Source: Fibrobacteria bacterium
GTDB taxonomy: Bacteria; Fibrobacterota; Fibrobacteria; UBA11236; JADFYW01
Assembly (NCBI GenBank): GCA_050294405.1
Contig: JBNKOC010000027.1
Coordinates: 64,001 to 128,000 of the forward strand
Direction: 5' to 3'
Length of the DNA stretch: 64,000 bases
Shown here: positions 30,652-41,409 of the stretch, in pieces
Numbering within the stretch: position 1 is the stretch's first letter
How the letters are laid out: the number at the start of each line of letters is the position of its first letter
Notes under the pieces: generated by a model
What the model was told of the DNA's origin: nothing
The model's database searches: none
Seen by the model: only the letters and a program-made list of their open reading frames with translations
Made by a program: the position numbers and the translations under genes

Positions 30652-30741
30652 AATAGTAGTTAGTGATATCTGAAAAGGACTCAAATTTAGTTTCAATGGT
30701 CCTTTGATTTGGGTTGTTTTAAACGCTATTAATCGCATTAA

Positions 30742-31263
30742 ATGAATTTTAACTGGACCAAAAGCATATACGGATCCAAGGAGAGTCCTGAAAAGGGATT
30801 CACTATTATGGAGCTTGTAATGGTATTGGCTATCATCACCATTTTGACCACACTAGCCGCTCCCAAATTTAAATCCTGGAAGGAAATAATTGATTTACAC
30901 AATACCACCAGGCAAATAAAAGGGCAATTGGACTTTGCCAAGGTAAGGGCATTGACCAACCCACTGGTCCATTGTGGAGTTTATTTTAAAACAAGTTCAC
31001 CCTCTTACTCCGCCATCTTTTTTGACACTGCAATGGTTGGGTCATACGATTATAACATGGGCCAGGACCCCTTATATCAGGCAGCTTTGGAAATCCCCCC
31101 CGGTCTTAACGTTTCATTATCCATCCCAGGCGGCAAAGACGAGGTTATTTTCCGAGGAGACGGCTCCTCTAACACAAATGCAAACATAATAATTTCCAAT
31201 GGATTTATGTCTGATACCATTAACATTCTTGCAAGCACTGGCAGAATTAAAATATTAAAATGA
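30742..31263 (+). CDS. FimT/GspH-like minor (pseudo)pilin
   Basis: Prepilin cleavage motif KG|FTIMELVMVLAI; C-terminal IFRGDG...TGRIK. Confidence 0.85.
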   Translation: MNFNWTKSIYGSKESPEKGFTIMELVMVLAIITILTTLAAPKFKSWKEIIDLHNTTRQIKGQLDFAKVRALTNPLVHCGVYFKTSSPSYSAIFFDTAMVGSYDYNMGQDPLYQAALEIPPGLNVSLSIPGGKDEVIFRGDGSSNTNANIIISNGFMSDTINILASTGRIKILK

Positions 31264-31664
31264 AAATCAAAAATCAGCGCCATCAATCCGGTTTTGCTCT
31301 AATGGAAATTTTAGTCGCTATGGCCATTCTTGGGGTCGGTTTCAGTTTTATTTTAATGTCAGATAAAATTTCCTGGAATACCACGAAAAGTTCAATAAAG
31401 ATGCTGAAAGCCGGGCACTTAATTGAAAAGAATATTGAGCAGCTTAGAATACATATAAGCTCAAATCCAGCAGCTAACTTTCCTCCTACAGACACCAGCT
31501 TCACTGAAGATGGAATTACATTTCAACGAAAAATAACAACGGCTTACTCTCCAAAAACGGGAACCGCCCTATCTAACATCCGAAAATTGGAAATAACTAC
31601 CGCTTGGGGTAGTAGCGTAAACGATTCTTTAAATATTCAAACTTACATATCCAGAGATTTTTAG
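31260..31664 (+). CDS. PilV-like minor pilin
   Basis: SG|FALMEILVAMAIL; 134 aa; 4-nt overlap with the preceding gene. Confidence 0.82.
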   Translation: MKIKNQRHQSGFALMEILVAMAILGVGFSFILMSDKISWNTTKSSIKMLKAGHLIEKNIEQLRIHISSNPAANFPPTDTSFTEDGITFQRKITTAYSPKTGTALSNIRKLEITTAWGSSVNDSLNIQTYISRDF

Positions 31665-31665
31665 C

Positions 31666-32463
31666 ATGTTTCACTTTAGCAACAGCAGTTCCGGGTTTTC
31701 CATTTTAGAACTCATGGTAGCCATGATGATTTCAGGAATATTTTTGTTAGCACTGGGAAAAATGTTAAATGATACTCAAGTAAGCTACCAAGCTCAAAGT
31801 GAAATATTAGAGGTAAATCAAAATGCTCAGTACACCATAAACAAGTTATCCGATGCCCTGATGGAAGCGGGAGCAACCCTCCCCTCTGGGGGATGGAATA
31901 TCATAGAAACAGCTTCCAACCCTTCTGACAGTTTTAAAGTCCATATTAATCCTGAAGGAGGATATCAGGTTATCCAACAAAGTTCCATTACCACAAACAA
32001 AATCCCTGTAGACAATGGAGCAGGATTTAGCAAGGCGTTAAAAATCAAATACATTCCTTATAACCCGGTAATGTTCAAGGCAGATTTAAATATTGAAACC
32101 AGCTACAATTCAAATGGGTATGTAGATGGGATAAAAACAGTATCTGGATCCTATGATTCTGTAAAAGTTACTACCACTAAAACTTTTTATAAAGGTGACA
32201 CTATATACTCTTACTCCTCACATAACTACTACAAAAACGGAACAAACTTGTATTACAATAATGAAATTTTTGCAGAAAATATTGATACTCTGGCCATAAC
32301 CTTTTTAGATGCGAGCCATAGCATCACTTCCAATTGGGATAACATGGCATTTATTGACATTAAAGTAACAGCCAGGTCTTTAAGTAATAATACTCTAAGT
32401 GTTGGAGATGGTTACCGACGCTCAACCTTATCGAAAAAGTTTCGCTTAAAAAATAAAATTTGA
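31666..32463 (+). CDS. PilW-like minor pilin
   Basis: SG|FSILELMVAM; EVNQNA...L.EAG; FAENI; C-terminal LKN. Confidence 0.82.
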   Translation: MFHFSNSSSGFSILELMVAMMISGIFLLALGKMLNDTQVSYQAQSEILEVNQNAQYTINKLSDALMEAGATLPSGGWNIIETASNPSDSFKVHINPEGGYQVIQQSSITTNKIPVDNGAGFSKALKIKYIPYNPVMFKADLNIETSYNSNGYVDGIKTVSGSYDSVKVTTTKTFYKGDTIYSYSSHNYYKNGTNLYYNNEIFAENIDTLAITFLDASHSITSNWDNMAFIDIKVTARSLSNNTLSVGDGYRRSTLSKKFRLKNKI

Positions 32464-32471
32464 GGCATTGC

Positions 32472-34181
32472 ATGGCGACTAATCATTTAAAAAAAGAAGG
32501 CGGATTTGCGATTATTGCCACTCTGTTAATTTTATTGGGCGTCACTATTATGGCCATTGGCGCTCTATATAACGGCCAAATCAGCAATATGATTGCCAAC
32601 AATTATAAAAAGAAAATTCAGTCCTTTTATTCCTCCGATGGTATGATGACATTGCTCACACAGGAAATTATTGATGGCCGCGGAAACAGTTATGCGCCGC
32701 TTGTAAATTACAACAATGGCATTACCATGGAAGTTTGGAATGGGATTTCCGGAAATAGTATTTCAAGTCTTATCAATAATCCCGACTACCCAAATTATCC
32801 ATCCACTACTACCACCTTAACATCTTATTTTGAAGCGCCCTCAAATTACGGCAATAATTTTGGAGCTAGAATACATGGTTATATCCATCCTCCAGATAAT
32901 GGATTTTATAATTTTTGGATAGCAGCCGATGACAATTGCCAGCTCTATTTAAGCACAGATGACAATCCCGAAAATATTAAAAAAATTGGGGGACACACGT
33001 CATACACAAATTCCAGAGAATGGACAAAACACCCTAATCAATTATCCGCCCCCATTTATTTGAAAGGAGGGGAGCGCTATTATATTTGCGCTTTATACAA
33101 AGAAGGCAATGGAGGTGATAACTTAGCTGTAGGTTGGGGCTGGTATAGAGACGATTTTTCATGGAATATGGAAAGACCTATCCCAGGAAGCCGGCTATCA
33201 CCCTTCGGGTCTATACTGTCGCAAGGAAGTGACACTATTCAATTTGCTGGGTTTAATTTAAAGTATGAAATAACCGAAACCAGAAAAGATATGTTTACAA
33301 TTGGCACAGAATCCTTTTTAAACAATTTTGGATCGAAAAAAACTTTTGCCACTCCTTTATTACAATCCATTGACAGAGGCTATGAAGGAATTAATATCGA
33401 CAATTCACAATCTAGCGTTAAACTTCCAGTAACATTTTACGACCACAAATCCCGGGCAACCAGCGATCCCTGTGATAACAACCCCTTTAACCCCTGTCCC
33501 ATATCGGGTCTTATGACAGGACTGGTCCAGGATACACTTGGCCAAAATGGCCTTCCTTTGTTTAAACCTCACCCTTTGTTAAATAATGGCTGCACAAACT
33601 GCGGGTTTTATAACGATAAGGTTGGCAAATGGTTTACGGCCAATCCCCCTGCATGGGTGCCCGGAAGTGAACTCTTTGATATTATCTATAAAGATTCGCT
33701 TACATTTACAAAACTGCCTAATGGGAGTTACCGCTACCAAAACAACAACTTTTTTCCTTTGGATAACTTCCCTAACACTCTAGTTAAACAGGGGTTGGAA
33801 AGCAACATATATGGTAGTGATTTCAATTGGCATAACTTTGGGTTTGCCATGCACATGACCAGGCGTTTTACCTACAACGCTGCAACCGCCCCATACCAAA
33901 ATTTTTACTTTACCGGCGATGATGATGTTTGGGTGTTTATTGATGGAAAATTAGTAATGGATTTGGGAGGCATTCATACTGCAGTAAGCGGAAGCTTTAA
34001 TCTAAAAATTGTTGCCGATGCCATCGGACTTATTGATGGCCAAACATATAACTACGACTTTTTCTACGCCGAAAGACATTGCTGTTCCTCGACCATCCAA
34101 ATTACCACTAACATTAATTTGTTTGATCCTCCAACTCCTCCCAAACGAAGCTGGCAAAGGGATTATGGCTATTTAGATTGA
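32472..34181 (+). CDS. PilX-like pilin N-terminus fused to PA14 and fibro-slime domains
   Basis: GG|FAIIATLL (no Glu5, typical of PilX) and SFYSSDG; PA14 motifs NFGARIHGYI, FWIAADD, YKEGNGGDNL; fibro-slime motifs HNFGF, FTGDDDVWVFIDGKLVMDLGGIH, FFYAERH. ATG at 32472. Confidence 0.85.
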   Translation: MATNHLKKEGGFAIIATLLILLGVTIMAIGALYNGQISNMIANNYKKKIQSFYSSDGMMTLLTQEIIDGRGNSYAPLVNYNNGITMEVWNGISGNSISSLINNPDYPNYPSTTTTLTSYFEAPSNYGNNFGARIHGYIHPPDNGFYNFWIAADDNCQLYLSTDDNPENIKKIGGHTSYTNSREWTKHPNQLSAPIYLKGGERYYICALYKEGNGGDNLAVGWGWYRDDFSWNMERPIPGSRLSPFGSILSQGSDTIQFAGFNLKYEITETRKDMFTIGTESFLNNFGSKKTFATPLLQSIDRGYEGINIDNSQSSVKLPVTFYDHKSRATSDPCDNNPFNPCPISGLMTGLVQDTLGQNGLPLFKPHPLLNNGCTNCGFYNDKVGKWFTANPPAWVPGSELFDIIYKDSLTFTKLPNGSYRYQNNNFFPLDNFPNTLVKQGLESNIYGSDFNWHNFGFAMHMTRRFTYNAATAPYQNFYFTGDDDVWVFIDGKLVMDLGGIHTAVSGSFNLKIVADAIGLIDGQTYNYDFFYAERHCCSSTIQITTNINLFDPPTPPKRSWQRDYGYLD

Positions 34182-35074
34182 GCTCGGAAAATACCTGCAC
34201 TTGTTCCTGCATATATGAATTCGCCGGCTTTGGAAAGGGACAACAGTTGTGTTCCCTCTGCAATTCCAGAGCTAAATTTCACCCAAGTCTTTCCATCATC
34301 GGTGGAAAAAAATATACCGTCTTTATTAGTACCAGCATAAAGTACCTCATTGGCAGATAATAAACAGGTTATCCCCTCAAGACTTGAGTTATACACATTC
34401 CATTTAACGCCATTGTCTTTCGAAAAATAGACTTCGCTCCGGCTAACAGCAAACAACTGAGTCTTATGTGTCCCAATTTGGCTTAGTTGAATGTTGGAAA
34501 TTCCAGAATCCATTTTATCCCAACCTGTTCCAAGGGTCATAAAAATTCCGCTGTTTTCACTAGCTGCAAAAACCATTTTTAAAATACCTGTAAAAGAAAT
34601 TATGCTAACATTATCTGGAATACCGGAATTCATATTTGCCCATGTCATTCCGTTGTCTATTGATTTGTAAACTCCTTCGCCGGTACTCGCAAAAAAGATA
34701 CCGTGAAAACCCCAAAGAGACCATACAGGATTATTTGACATTCCCACAGTGCCGCCCGGCTCCCAATTAATAACCTTTGATAAAGAACGAGCCAAACCCT
34801 CAGTGGTGCCCGCAAAAAGAATATTATCAACCGCAAATAAGGATAAAACACCTGCATTTTTATAAGGAGCAGGTACGATTATCCAATTTACTCCCTGATT
34901 ATTTGAGCGATAAAGGACTTTATTAATAGCAACAAAGACACTGTTATTGGATTCACAAATAGCCCCTACCTTTCCACCTGGCAAGCCATTTACCAAAGCC
35001 CACTCTCCATACAGTACAGGCGGCCAGACAACAAATAAAATTGCAAAAAAATGTATTTTAAACCTTAATTTCAT
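34169..35074 (-). CDS. Secreted BNR/Asp-box beta-propeller protein
   Basis: Signal peptide; repeated SxDxGxxW (SIDNGMTW, SKDNGVKW, STDDGKTW) and YAGT..GI blades. Confidence 0.8.
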   Translation of the reverse strand: MKLRFKIHFFAILFVVWPPVLYGEWALVNGLPGGKVGAICESNNSVFVAINKVLYRSNNQGVNWIIVPAPYKNAGVLSLFAVDNILFAGTTEGLARSLSKVINWEPGGTVGMSNNPVWSLWGFHGIFFASTGEGVYKSIDNGMTWANMNSGIPDNVSIISFTGILKMVFAASENSGIFMTLGTGWDKMDSGISNIQLSQIGTHKTQLFAVSRSEVYFSKDNGVKWNVYNSSLEGITCLLSANEVLYAGTNKDGIFFSTDDGKTWVKFSSGIAEGTQLLSLSKAGEFIYAGTSAGIFRAQSK

Positions 35075-35305
35075 AAATAAAGAAGCCATTGCGTATCCTC
35101 TAAAGATACAGAAAAATAAATCAAAAAAATGAGCTCTCTGTTTTTTTCCTTACTTGGAGCTATATTATTTAAAAGTCAAATATATGCTTTTTACTGGGTA
35201 CTGGAGTCATTACTCCAAAAAACAACATCTGTTAGCTATTCTTTGCAGATAGGCGACATTAGAATAATTCTAATCTAATTATGAATTAGCTACAAGGAGG
35301 GATAG

Positions 35306-37051
35306 ATGCTCTTGAGATCCACCATTTCTGTTTTTATTCATTTTCACAATAAAATAATATGGTTTATTGCATTCGTTCTTTGTTTCGCACATAACCTTGA
35401 AGCACAACTGAAATCACACCCTGGTTACGACATAGTTGATGTTACCGTATCGGGTTTTAACAAGGGTATCACAGGGTTGGACTTTTTACCCGATGGTAGA
35501 ATGGTTGTTCTCACCTACAGAGGCAATATGGACAAACCCAGTGTTCAAGGAAATGATTTACCCCTAACTCGGACCGAATGGGGAGAAGCCTACATCATAG
35601 ATAACATTGGTGGTTCAGGCAGCGCTACCGCCACCAAAATATTTGACAAATTTATTGATGCTATGGGGGTTTTGGTTCATAATGGAAATATTATCGTAGC
35701 TGACCAGAATAAACTCCTTAAGTTGGTGGATAATGGAAGCGGTTCCTACGAAGCCGAAACCCTAGCCGATATCCCTACCGGCGATGGCTGGTTCGAATAC
35801 TCATTCGGTCCAGTGGCGCCAGGAGACGGTTATTTTTATGTTGGCAACAGCAACCACACCGAGCCCCCCATTGGCTATCTTACAGAACAAGGAGCTCCCG
35901 ATAGAGGAACTATTATCCGAATTCCAGAGGAAGGAGGCGACTATGAAGTATATGCTACAGGTATCCGTATGCCGGATGGCATGGGCATAGGGCCAAATAA
36001 CCAACTCATTGTCACAGAAAATCAGGGCATTTGGCGACCAGCCAGCACTCTTGAACACATTCAACAGGGAAAATTTTATGGCTACGCCCATGACGAGGCA
36101 GATAGAAACCCCGATGACGTAACTCCACCTAGCATCTGGTTGCCCTACCAAACCTTCGTGAATTCCCCTACCCAACCAGTTTATATGAAGTCAGGTCGAT
36201 ATAAAGGACAAATGTTGTTCGGAGATTGGGGAAAGTCAGGCTTATTCCGGGCTTTTTTAGATCCCATTAAAGACAAGAATGGAGAGGATACTTACCAGGG
36301 AGCTTGTTTTTTTGTTACGGATGGGTTTAAGCAATACGCCTTAAGATTACACCTTGATCCCAATACTGGCGAGATATATACCGGTAATATAGGAATGGCC
36401 GCCACAGGACCTGGTCCACAAAAAGTTATTCCAAATGATGATGTTTCCGTATTTGAAATGCTCGCTATTAGAGCTCGCAATGGCGGAATGGAAATTGAAT
36501 TTACGGAGCCGGTCGGAGATATGGCCAGCCAAACCAACATGTACAGTCTTGAACATTGGTACTACGAATTTAACATCGAATATTACAATGACCCAATGGG
36601 CATAACTGATTTGGATATTTCAGGAGTGCAAATTTCTGAAGACAAAACTAAAGTTTTTCTTGAAATCAGCAATTTAACTACTGATAGAGTTATCCATTTT
36701 GAATTAAGTGGCAATCTGAAATCACAAAATGGAGGAAGTTTGTTATATAACGAAGCTTGGTACACACTTAATTACATGAATCAAAGTGAACCGTTTACCT
36801 CGGTCAACCCTAACCATAGAGTAATCCCTTCTGATGTTAGCATAAATAATGCTGCAGGCAATATTTATTTTGAATGGTCTTTAAATTACAATAGCCTTTC
36901 CATTTTCAATTTAGATGGATCTGAAATCGACAACTTCAATATCCGGGGGCTCACTGAATTTAAAATTCCAAAGGATTATCAATATAAGGGAGTCTTGCTT
37001 GTTCAGTTGAAAGGCAATGAGTTCTCTTCTCTCAAAAAAGTTGCGTTTTAA
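35306..37051 (+). CDS. Secreted beta-propeller (glucose/sorbosone dehydrogenase-like) protein with C-terminal sorting-like domain
   Basis: GLDFLPDGRM, ATGIRMPDG, TENQGIW, YKGQMLFGD; C-terminal IFNLDG...GVLLVQL; RBS GGAGGG. Confidence 0.65.
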   Translation: MLLRSTISVFIHFHNKIIWFIAFVLCFAHNLEAQLKSHPGYDIVDVTVSGFNKGITGLDFLPDGRMVVLTYRGNMDKPSVQGNDLPLTRTEWGEAYIIDNIGGSGSATATKIFDKFIDAMGVLVHNGNIIVADQNKLLKLVDNGSGSYEAETLADIPTGDGWFEYSFGPVAPGDGYFYVGNSNHTEPPIGYLTEQGAPDRGTIIRIPEEGGDYEVYATGIRMPDGMGIGPNNQLIVTENQGIWRPASTLEHIQQGKFYGYAHDEADRNPDDVTPPSIWLPYQTFVNSPTQPVYMKSGRYKGQMLFGDWGKSGLFRAFLDPIKDKNGEDTYQGACFFVTDGFKQYALRLHLDPNTGEIYTGNIGMAATGPGPQKVIPNDDVSVFEMLAIRARNGGMEIEFTEPVGDMASQTNMYSLEHWYYEFNIEYYNDPMGITDLDISGVQISEDKTKVFLEISNLTTDRVIHFELSGNLKSQNGGSLLYNEAWYTLNYMNQSEPFTSVNPNHRVIPSDVSINNAAGNIYFEWSLNYNSLSIFNLDGSEIDNFNIRGLTEFKIPKDYQYKGVLLVQLKGNEFSSLKKVAF

Positions 37052-37190
37052 TGTAAGGTTAAAAGGTTAACCCAATTTTCCGCTAGAAAAATCAAGTCTT
37101 AAGGCTTTTGCTTTGCTCCAATCTTCAATTGGTAAAGCCTAAAATTTACATTATACGTTCAGTAGCTTTAACTTCTAATTTTATTAAGGA

Positions 37191-39272
37191 ATGAATAAAC
37201 TAAAACAAACTGGCGGGTGGTGGAAAAATGGCGGATTAGCACTTTTATCCATCCTTATCTTTGCCGGTATCTTAGAAGGTATAGGGGTTTTACTACGAAT
37301 AGAGCCGCTAGCCCTCTCCCAAGACAGCATGATGAGATATGCTTCAAGTACCCCTCTCTTCATTCCCTCCCCTTCCGATCCAAAAAAAATGACGACGGCT
37401 CCCAATAAATTGAAACCTTTTAATATTCAAACTTTTCTGAAAAAAAAACCAAAGGGGACAAAACGAATATTCTGTTTGGGAGGCTCCACAACTTATGGGC
37501 GCCCTTATAATGACAAGGCATCCTTTTGCAATTGGTTAAGGCAAATGCTTCCCGTAGCAGATCCCACAGCCGATTGGGAACTCATTAATGCGGGTGGAAT
37601 TTCTTATGCCAGTTACCGTATTGCCGAGTTGATGAAGGAACTAGTAAAATACGAACCCGACCTGTTTATTTTGTATTCAGGACATAATGAATTTCTGGAA
37701 CAACGTACATACGCCCACATTGCAAAATTGCCATTTATTGTAAGACAGAGTGCCTGGATTTTAGAACACACCCGTGGATATTCTCTTTTAAAACGCGTTT
37801 ACATGTCTATACGGAATTCAAAGGCTCCAGACAATGAAATCCATACTATGCAGGCTGATGTAACTGCCATTCTGGATAACAGCTATGGTCCAAAGTTCTA
37901 CAGTCGGGACGACACCCTGAGCCGAAATATTATAACTCATTATAAACAGTCTGTTTCCAGAATTATTAACAAAGCAAAATACGCCAACGCCAATATTCTT
38001 GTTATCTCCACTCCTTCCAATCTTCTCCATTGCTCGCCATTTAAAAGCCAATATTCTTCCAGCTTAAACCAAGCCCAAAAATTAAAACTTGACTCTTTGC
38101 TAAATGTTGGTAAAAAACATTTCAATAAGGGAATGTATCCCTTATCCTTAAAAATATTTAAAGCTGCCCATAACATCGACAAGCGTCATGCTGAGGTCTT
38201 ATATTTTTTGGGCAAATCCTATTTTGAAACAGGGGAACCCCAATTAGCTTATACTTATCTTCAAAAGGCTAAGGACGAAGACATCTGCCCACTTCGAGCA
38301 TTTTCAGATGAGCCACGCTGGTTGGAACATATCGCTAATGAGGAAAAGGTGCCTTTTTTGGACTTTAATAGCATTTTGGAAGAACAGTCCATGGAAAAAA
38401 CCGGACATCGGTTACTGGGCAAATCCGACTTTTACGATCACGTTCACCTAACTATTGAAAACCACAAGTTGCTTGCCATAAAGATCATCGATAAAATGGC
38501 GAAATACCAGTTACTTCAGACAAGCCCCCATTGGAAAAAGAATATCCAGGGAATTTCCAAAGATGTTATGGCAAGTCTGGATAAACGCGCCTATGGATTT
38601 GCCATGCACAATTTGGCTAAAGTTTTAAACTGGGCGGGAAAACACGAAGATGCCGTGTTAGCTGCAGAAAGCGCCTTAGCTGTTGTGGATGATGACATTC
38701 AGGCTTTAGGCAGTGCTTTATACATTGGCACCTCTTATCAGAGAAAAAAAATGCTGGATAGTGCCATTTATTATTACCAACTTGCCTTTAGACTGGATTC
38801 CAATAACTTTGAAGCCAACGATTTTTTGGGAAAGGCCTATTTCCTTAAACAATCTTTTTCGGAAGCTGAACCTTTTTTGGAAAGAGCTTTAAGGCTTTCC
38901 GGAAATAATTCTCAAGATTTATTAGCAAAGCTTGGACAGCTTAATATTTTTCTCAAGCGTCCGGAAAAAGCATTAGCGTTTTTTGAACGACGAGCGAACC
39001 TCTCACCCCATAACCCTAAAGCCCAATGTGATTTTGGTTACGCTCTTTTACATGCTTATCAAATAAATAGAGCCGAACTAATTTTTAGTAGAATCATGCA
39101 AGCCTCTCCCAATTACCCCGATGCCATGGCAGGTATTGGTGAAGTACTAATGGTTAAAAATCAGCCAACGGAAGCCATAAAATATTTTTCAAGGGCTATG
39201 GAGGCAGACCCTACAAATCTGCGTTATCAAAACTTAATCCAACGCCTACTTAATTATGAGAAGCCTAATTAA
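37191..39272 (+). CDS. Membrane-anchored SGNH/GDSL hydrolase with TPR repeats
   Basis: N-terminal TM; LGGSTTYG, NAGGISYAS, YSGHNEF, DHVH; TPRs inserted in the domain and at the C-terminus. Confidence 0.8.
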   Translation: MNKLKQTGGWWKNGGLALLSILIFAGILEGIGVLLRIEPLALSQDSMMRYASSTPLFIPSPSDPKKMTTAPNKLKPFNIQTFLKKKPKGTKRIFCLGGSTTYGRPYNDKASFCNWLRQMLPVADPTADWELINAGGISYASYRIAELMKELVKYEPDLFILYSGHNEFLEQRTYAHIAKLPFIVRQSAWILEHTRGYSLLKRVYMSIRNSKAPDNEIHTMQADVTAILDNSYGPKFYSRDDTLSRNIITHYKQSVSRIINKAKYANANILVISTPSNLLHCSPFKSQYSSSLNQAQKLKLDSLLNVGKKHFNKGMYPLSLKIFKAAHNIDKRHAEVLYFLGKSYFETGEPQLAYTYLQKAKDEDICPLRAFSDEPRWLEHIANEEKVPFLDFNSILEEQSMEKTGHRLLGKSDFYDHVHLTIENHKLLAIKIIDKMAKYQLLQTSPHWKKNIQGISKDVMASLDKRAYGFAMHNLAKVLNWAGKHEDAVLAAESALAVVDDDIQALGSALYIGTSYQRKKMLDSAIYYYQLAFRLDSNNFEANDFLGKAYFLKQSFSEAEPFLERALRLSGNNSQDLLAKLGQLNIFLKRPEKALAFFERRANLSPHNPKAQCDFGYALLHAYQINRAELIFSRIMQASPNYPDAMAGIGEVLMVKNQPTEAIKYFSRAMEADPTNLRYQNLIQRLLNYEKPN

Positions 39273-39289
39273 AATGGTATTTTAATAAT

Positions 39290-39802
39290 ATGGGATTAAG
39301 GATATTTATCAAACTTCAGGCGAGCATTTATTTGTCTTTTACCTTTCTGGCTTTCTGCGATAAACCAGCTCATTCCGCTGAACTAAAAATTGAAAAAAAT
39401 CTGAATACTAATTCTTTGGAAAATTGGCTTGGTATCTACGAATATTCAGAATGGTATTTGCCACAAGGGAAAAAAAATAAATTGCTTCTCACTTATAATC
39501 TTTATATCACTGAATCAGACACGAACATTAGCTGCATTTTTGAAATTAACGGATTAAAGCAAAAAGAGCAGGCACAGTGTTCACTTCAATTAGAAAGCCA
39601 AAACTTGAATGTATATTTTAAAAGCCATCTATCTGAGAGTTATGGCGGACAGCTATCTAGAAAAAATCATTTGTTTGAACTTTCCCAAGATCCAATGGGT
39701 AGTTTGACCACAAGATGGGTTGAATTTTCACCCAAAAATGAAACTTCCGAAGAAGGCTCTTTTTTTATCAAAGTGGATCCCAACAAACAGGACAGCGAAT
39801 AA
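39290..39802 (+). CDS. Hypothetical exported protein
   Basis: 170-aa ORF following the SGNH-TPR gene; signal-like N-terminus. Confidence 0.6.
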   Translation: MGLRIFIKLQASIYLSFTFLAFCDKPAHSAELKIEKNLNTNSLENWLGIYEYSEWYLPQGKKNKLLLTYNLYITESDTNISCIFEINGLKQKEQAQCSLQLESQNLNVYFKSHLSESYGGQLSRKNHLFELSQDPMGSLTTRWVEFSPKNETSEEGSFFIKVDPNKQDSE

Positions 39803-39803
39803 A

Positions 39804-41162
39804 TTAAGAGTTAACTATTATTTTGCCTGAGTAATGCTTCCGGCCCAGGTTGATTTGAAAATAATACAGGCCCGGACTTAAACTAACTCCCTGGGAATCC
39901 TTTAAATCCCAAGTTATTTTGGTCGATGTTTCTCCATTTAAATTGGAAATCACAATCACAGTTTTTTTAGTCTTGTCCAAAATTTTAATTTGAGATTTTA
40001 TTGGGCTGTTTTTTAGGTTCCTAAAGGAAAATAAAATTGATTTGGAATTTTTTTGAACTACCCAAAAGGACGATGGCCCCGTATAGTCGTAATTGTCCGA
40101 TGGCAGATAAACAAGCTGGGCCATGTTTTTTGCCCAGTACTCACACCATTTAACCTCTCCCCTGGCGCTCAAGTGAACTCCATCTTCAGATAAATACTTC
40201 GGATTTGATTTTATTAAGGAATAAAAATCAACAAGCCCTTTCCTCTTATTCCAGTTGTAAAAATCTGGGCTATAGCGAGCAATAAGAGGATCATATATTT
40301 TATATACATAAGGCCCGGATCCATTGCTGTCGGGAGGAACAATATAGGGTTCAGCGTATTTTCTATAACTTATTCTGGACAATACAGGAATTTTTCCTGC
40401 CTTTTTTATTTCCTCTAACAGAATTTGAAGTGAATTTTGTAATTCTTCTGCTCCGCCTGGATAAGGCCTGTTTTTAGAAATGTTGTTACCCCCGACGTGC
40501 AACAATACAAAACTGGCGTAGGGATGCGATTCAAACATGGCAGGCAAGGCTCCAATAACATCCTCCACCCCCCAACCTTTAACAGCCATATTAAACAAAA
40601 TTGGGTTGGAACCTGATACTCTTCTGCGAATTTCCGGGTTAAAAATACTGTGGCGCATACTTTGGTTTTGAATACTGGCTCCTAATGCCAACCAGTAATC
40701 ATTAATATGCTGCGAAGAAGGTTTATATATCCCCAAATTCCAGACCTTGACGGCCTTTTTGCCCTTTCTAAATAATCTGAAGCGATATCGGTTTTCGCCT
40801 TCCAACCGAAAACTTACTTTATTCAAAAATGGTCCAGGTTCCAGGTTTTCGATGTTTTTCCAAATTCCTTTGGCAGAATCCAACAGTTCTTCAAAGACAC
40901 CTGATGTATACGGAGCTACATTGTAAGTTAAGATATAGTCTGACGCTTCTTCAGATTCGATTCTAAAACTAAACCAACTGTCTCCAGGCCCCGTGGTATT
41001 CCAGCTGGCCTGTTTTTTCTTTTTTAAAGAAAAAAGAGAGCTTTTATTTTCGCTGGCTTCAATGGACTTAGCTGCAATAAACCAATTGCCCTTAGGCTTT
41101 AGGGGATTTTCCTGGGCTGCCCAGGAAAAGCTGACCAAAAAAAGAATAGCAATGGCTTTCAT
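39804..41162 (-). CDS. Secreted SGNH hydrolase with C-terminal FlgD-Ig/sorting-like domain
   Basis: Signal peptide; LGASI, NMAVKG, VGGNN, DGVHL; C-terminal WDLKDSQG..LSPGLYY. Confidence 0.75.
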   Translation of the reverse strand: MKAIAILFLVSFSWAAQENPLKPKGNWFIAAKSIEASENKSSLFSLKKKKQASWNTTGPGDSWFSFRIESEEASDYILTYNVAPYTSGVFEELLDSAKGIWKNIENLEPGPFLNKVSFRLEGENRYRFRLFRKGKKAVKVWNLGIYKPSSQHINDYWLALGASIQNQSMRHSIFNPEIRRRVSGSNPILFNMAVKGWGVEDVIGALPAMFESHPYASFVLLHVGGNNISKNRPYPGGAEELQNSLQILLEEIKKAGKIPVLSRISYRKYAEPYIVPPDSNGSGPYVYKIYDPLIARYSPDFYNWNKRKGLVDFYSLIKSNPKYLSEDGVHLSARGEVKWCEYWAKNMAQLVYLPSDNYDYTGPSSFWVVQKNSKSILFSFRNLKNSPIKSQIKILDKTKKTVIVISNLNGETSTKITWDLKDSQGVSLSPGLYYFQINLGRKHYSGKIIVNS

Positions 41163-41306
41163 CCAGTTTAAATTAATTTTCCCAATTTATTGCGGGTAAA
41201 AAAGATTTGGGATATACAGGGCTGTTTTAAAATAGGGTTTCACTGCCCTCTTTTAAACTCGGTTTTGACATTGTTTGCGCATTTTTGACTGTAAAAATTA
41301 AAAACC

Positions 41307-41335
41307 TATATTAATCGTATATTTCGATTAATATA
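41307..41335. promoter_or_regulatory. Candidate OxyR/LysR operator (perfect 11-bp inverted repeat)
   Basis: TATATTAATCG-N7-CGATTAATATA, containing ATCG-N7-CGAT, upstream of rubrerythrin-rubredoxin-oxyR. Confidence 0.6.
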
Positions 41336-41409
41336 ATAAATTTATTTCGTTAGACTCAATTAATATTTCTAGCTATACTAATAACATATTCAAAAACAAG
41401 GAGAACAAA

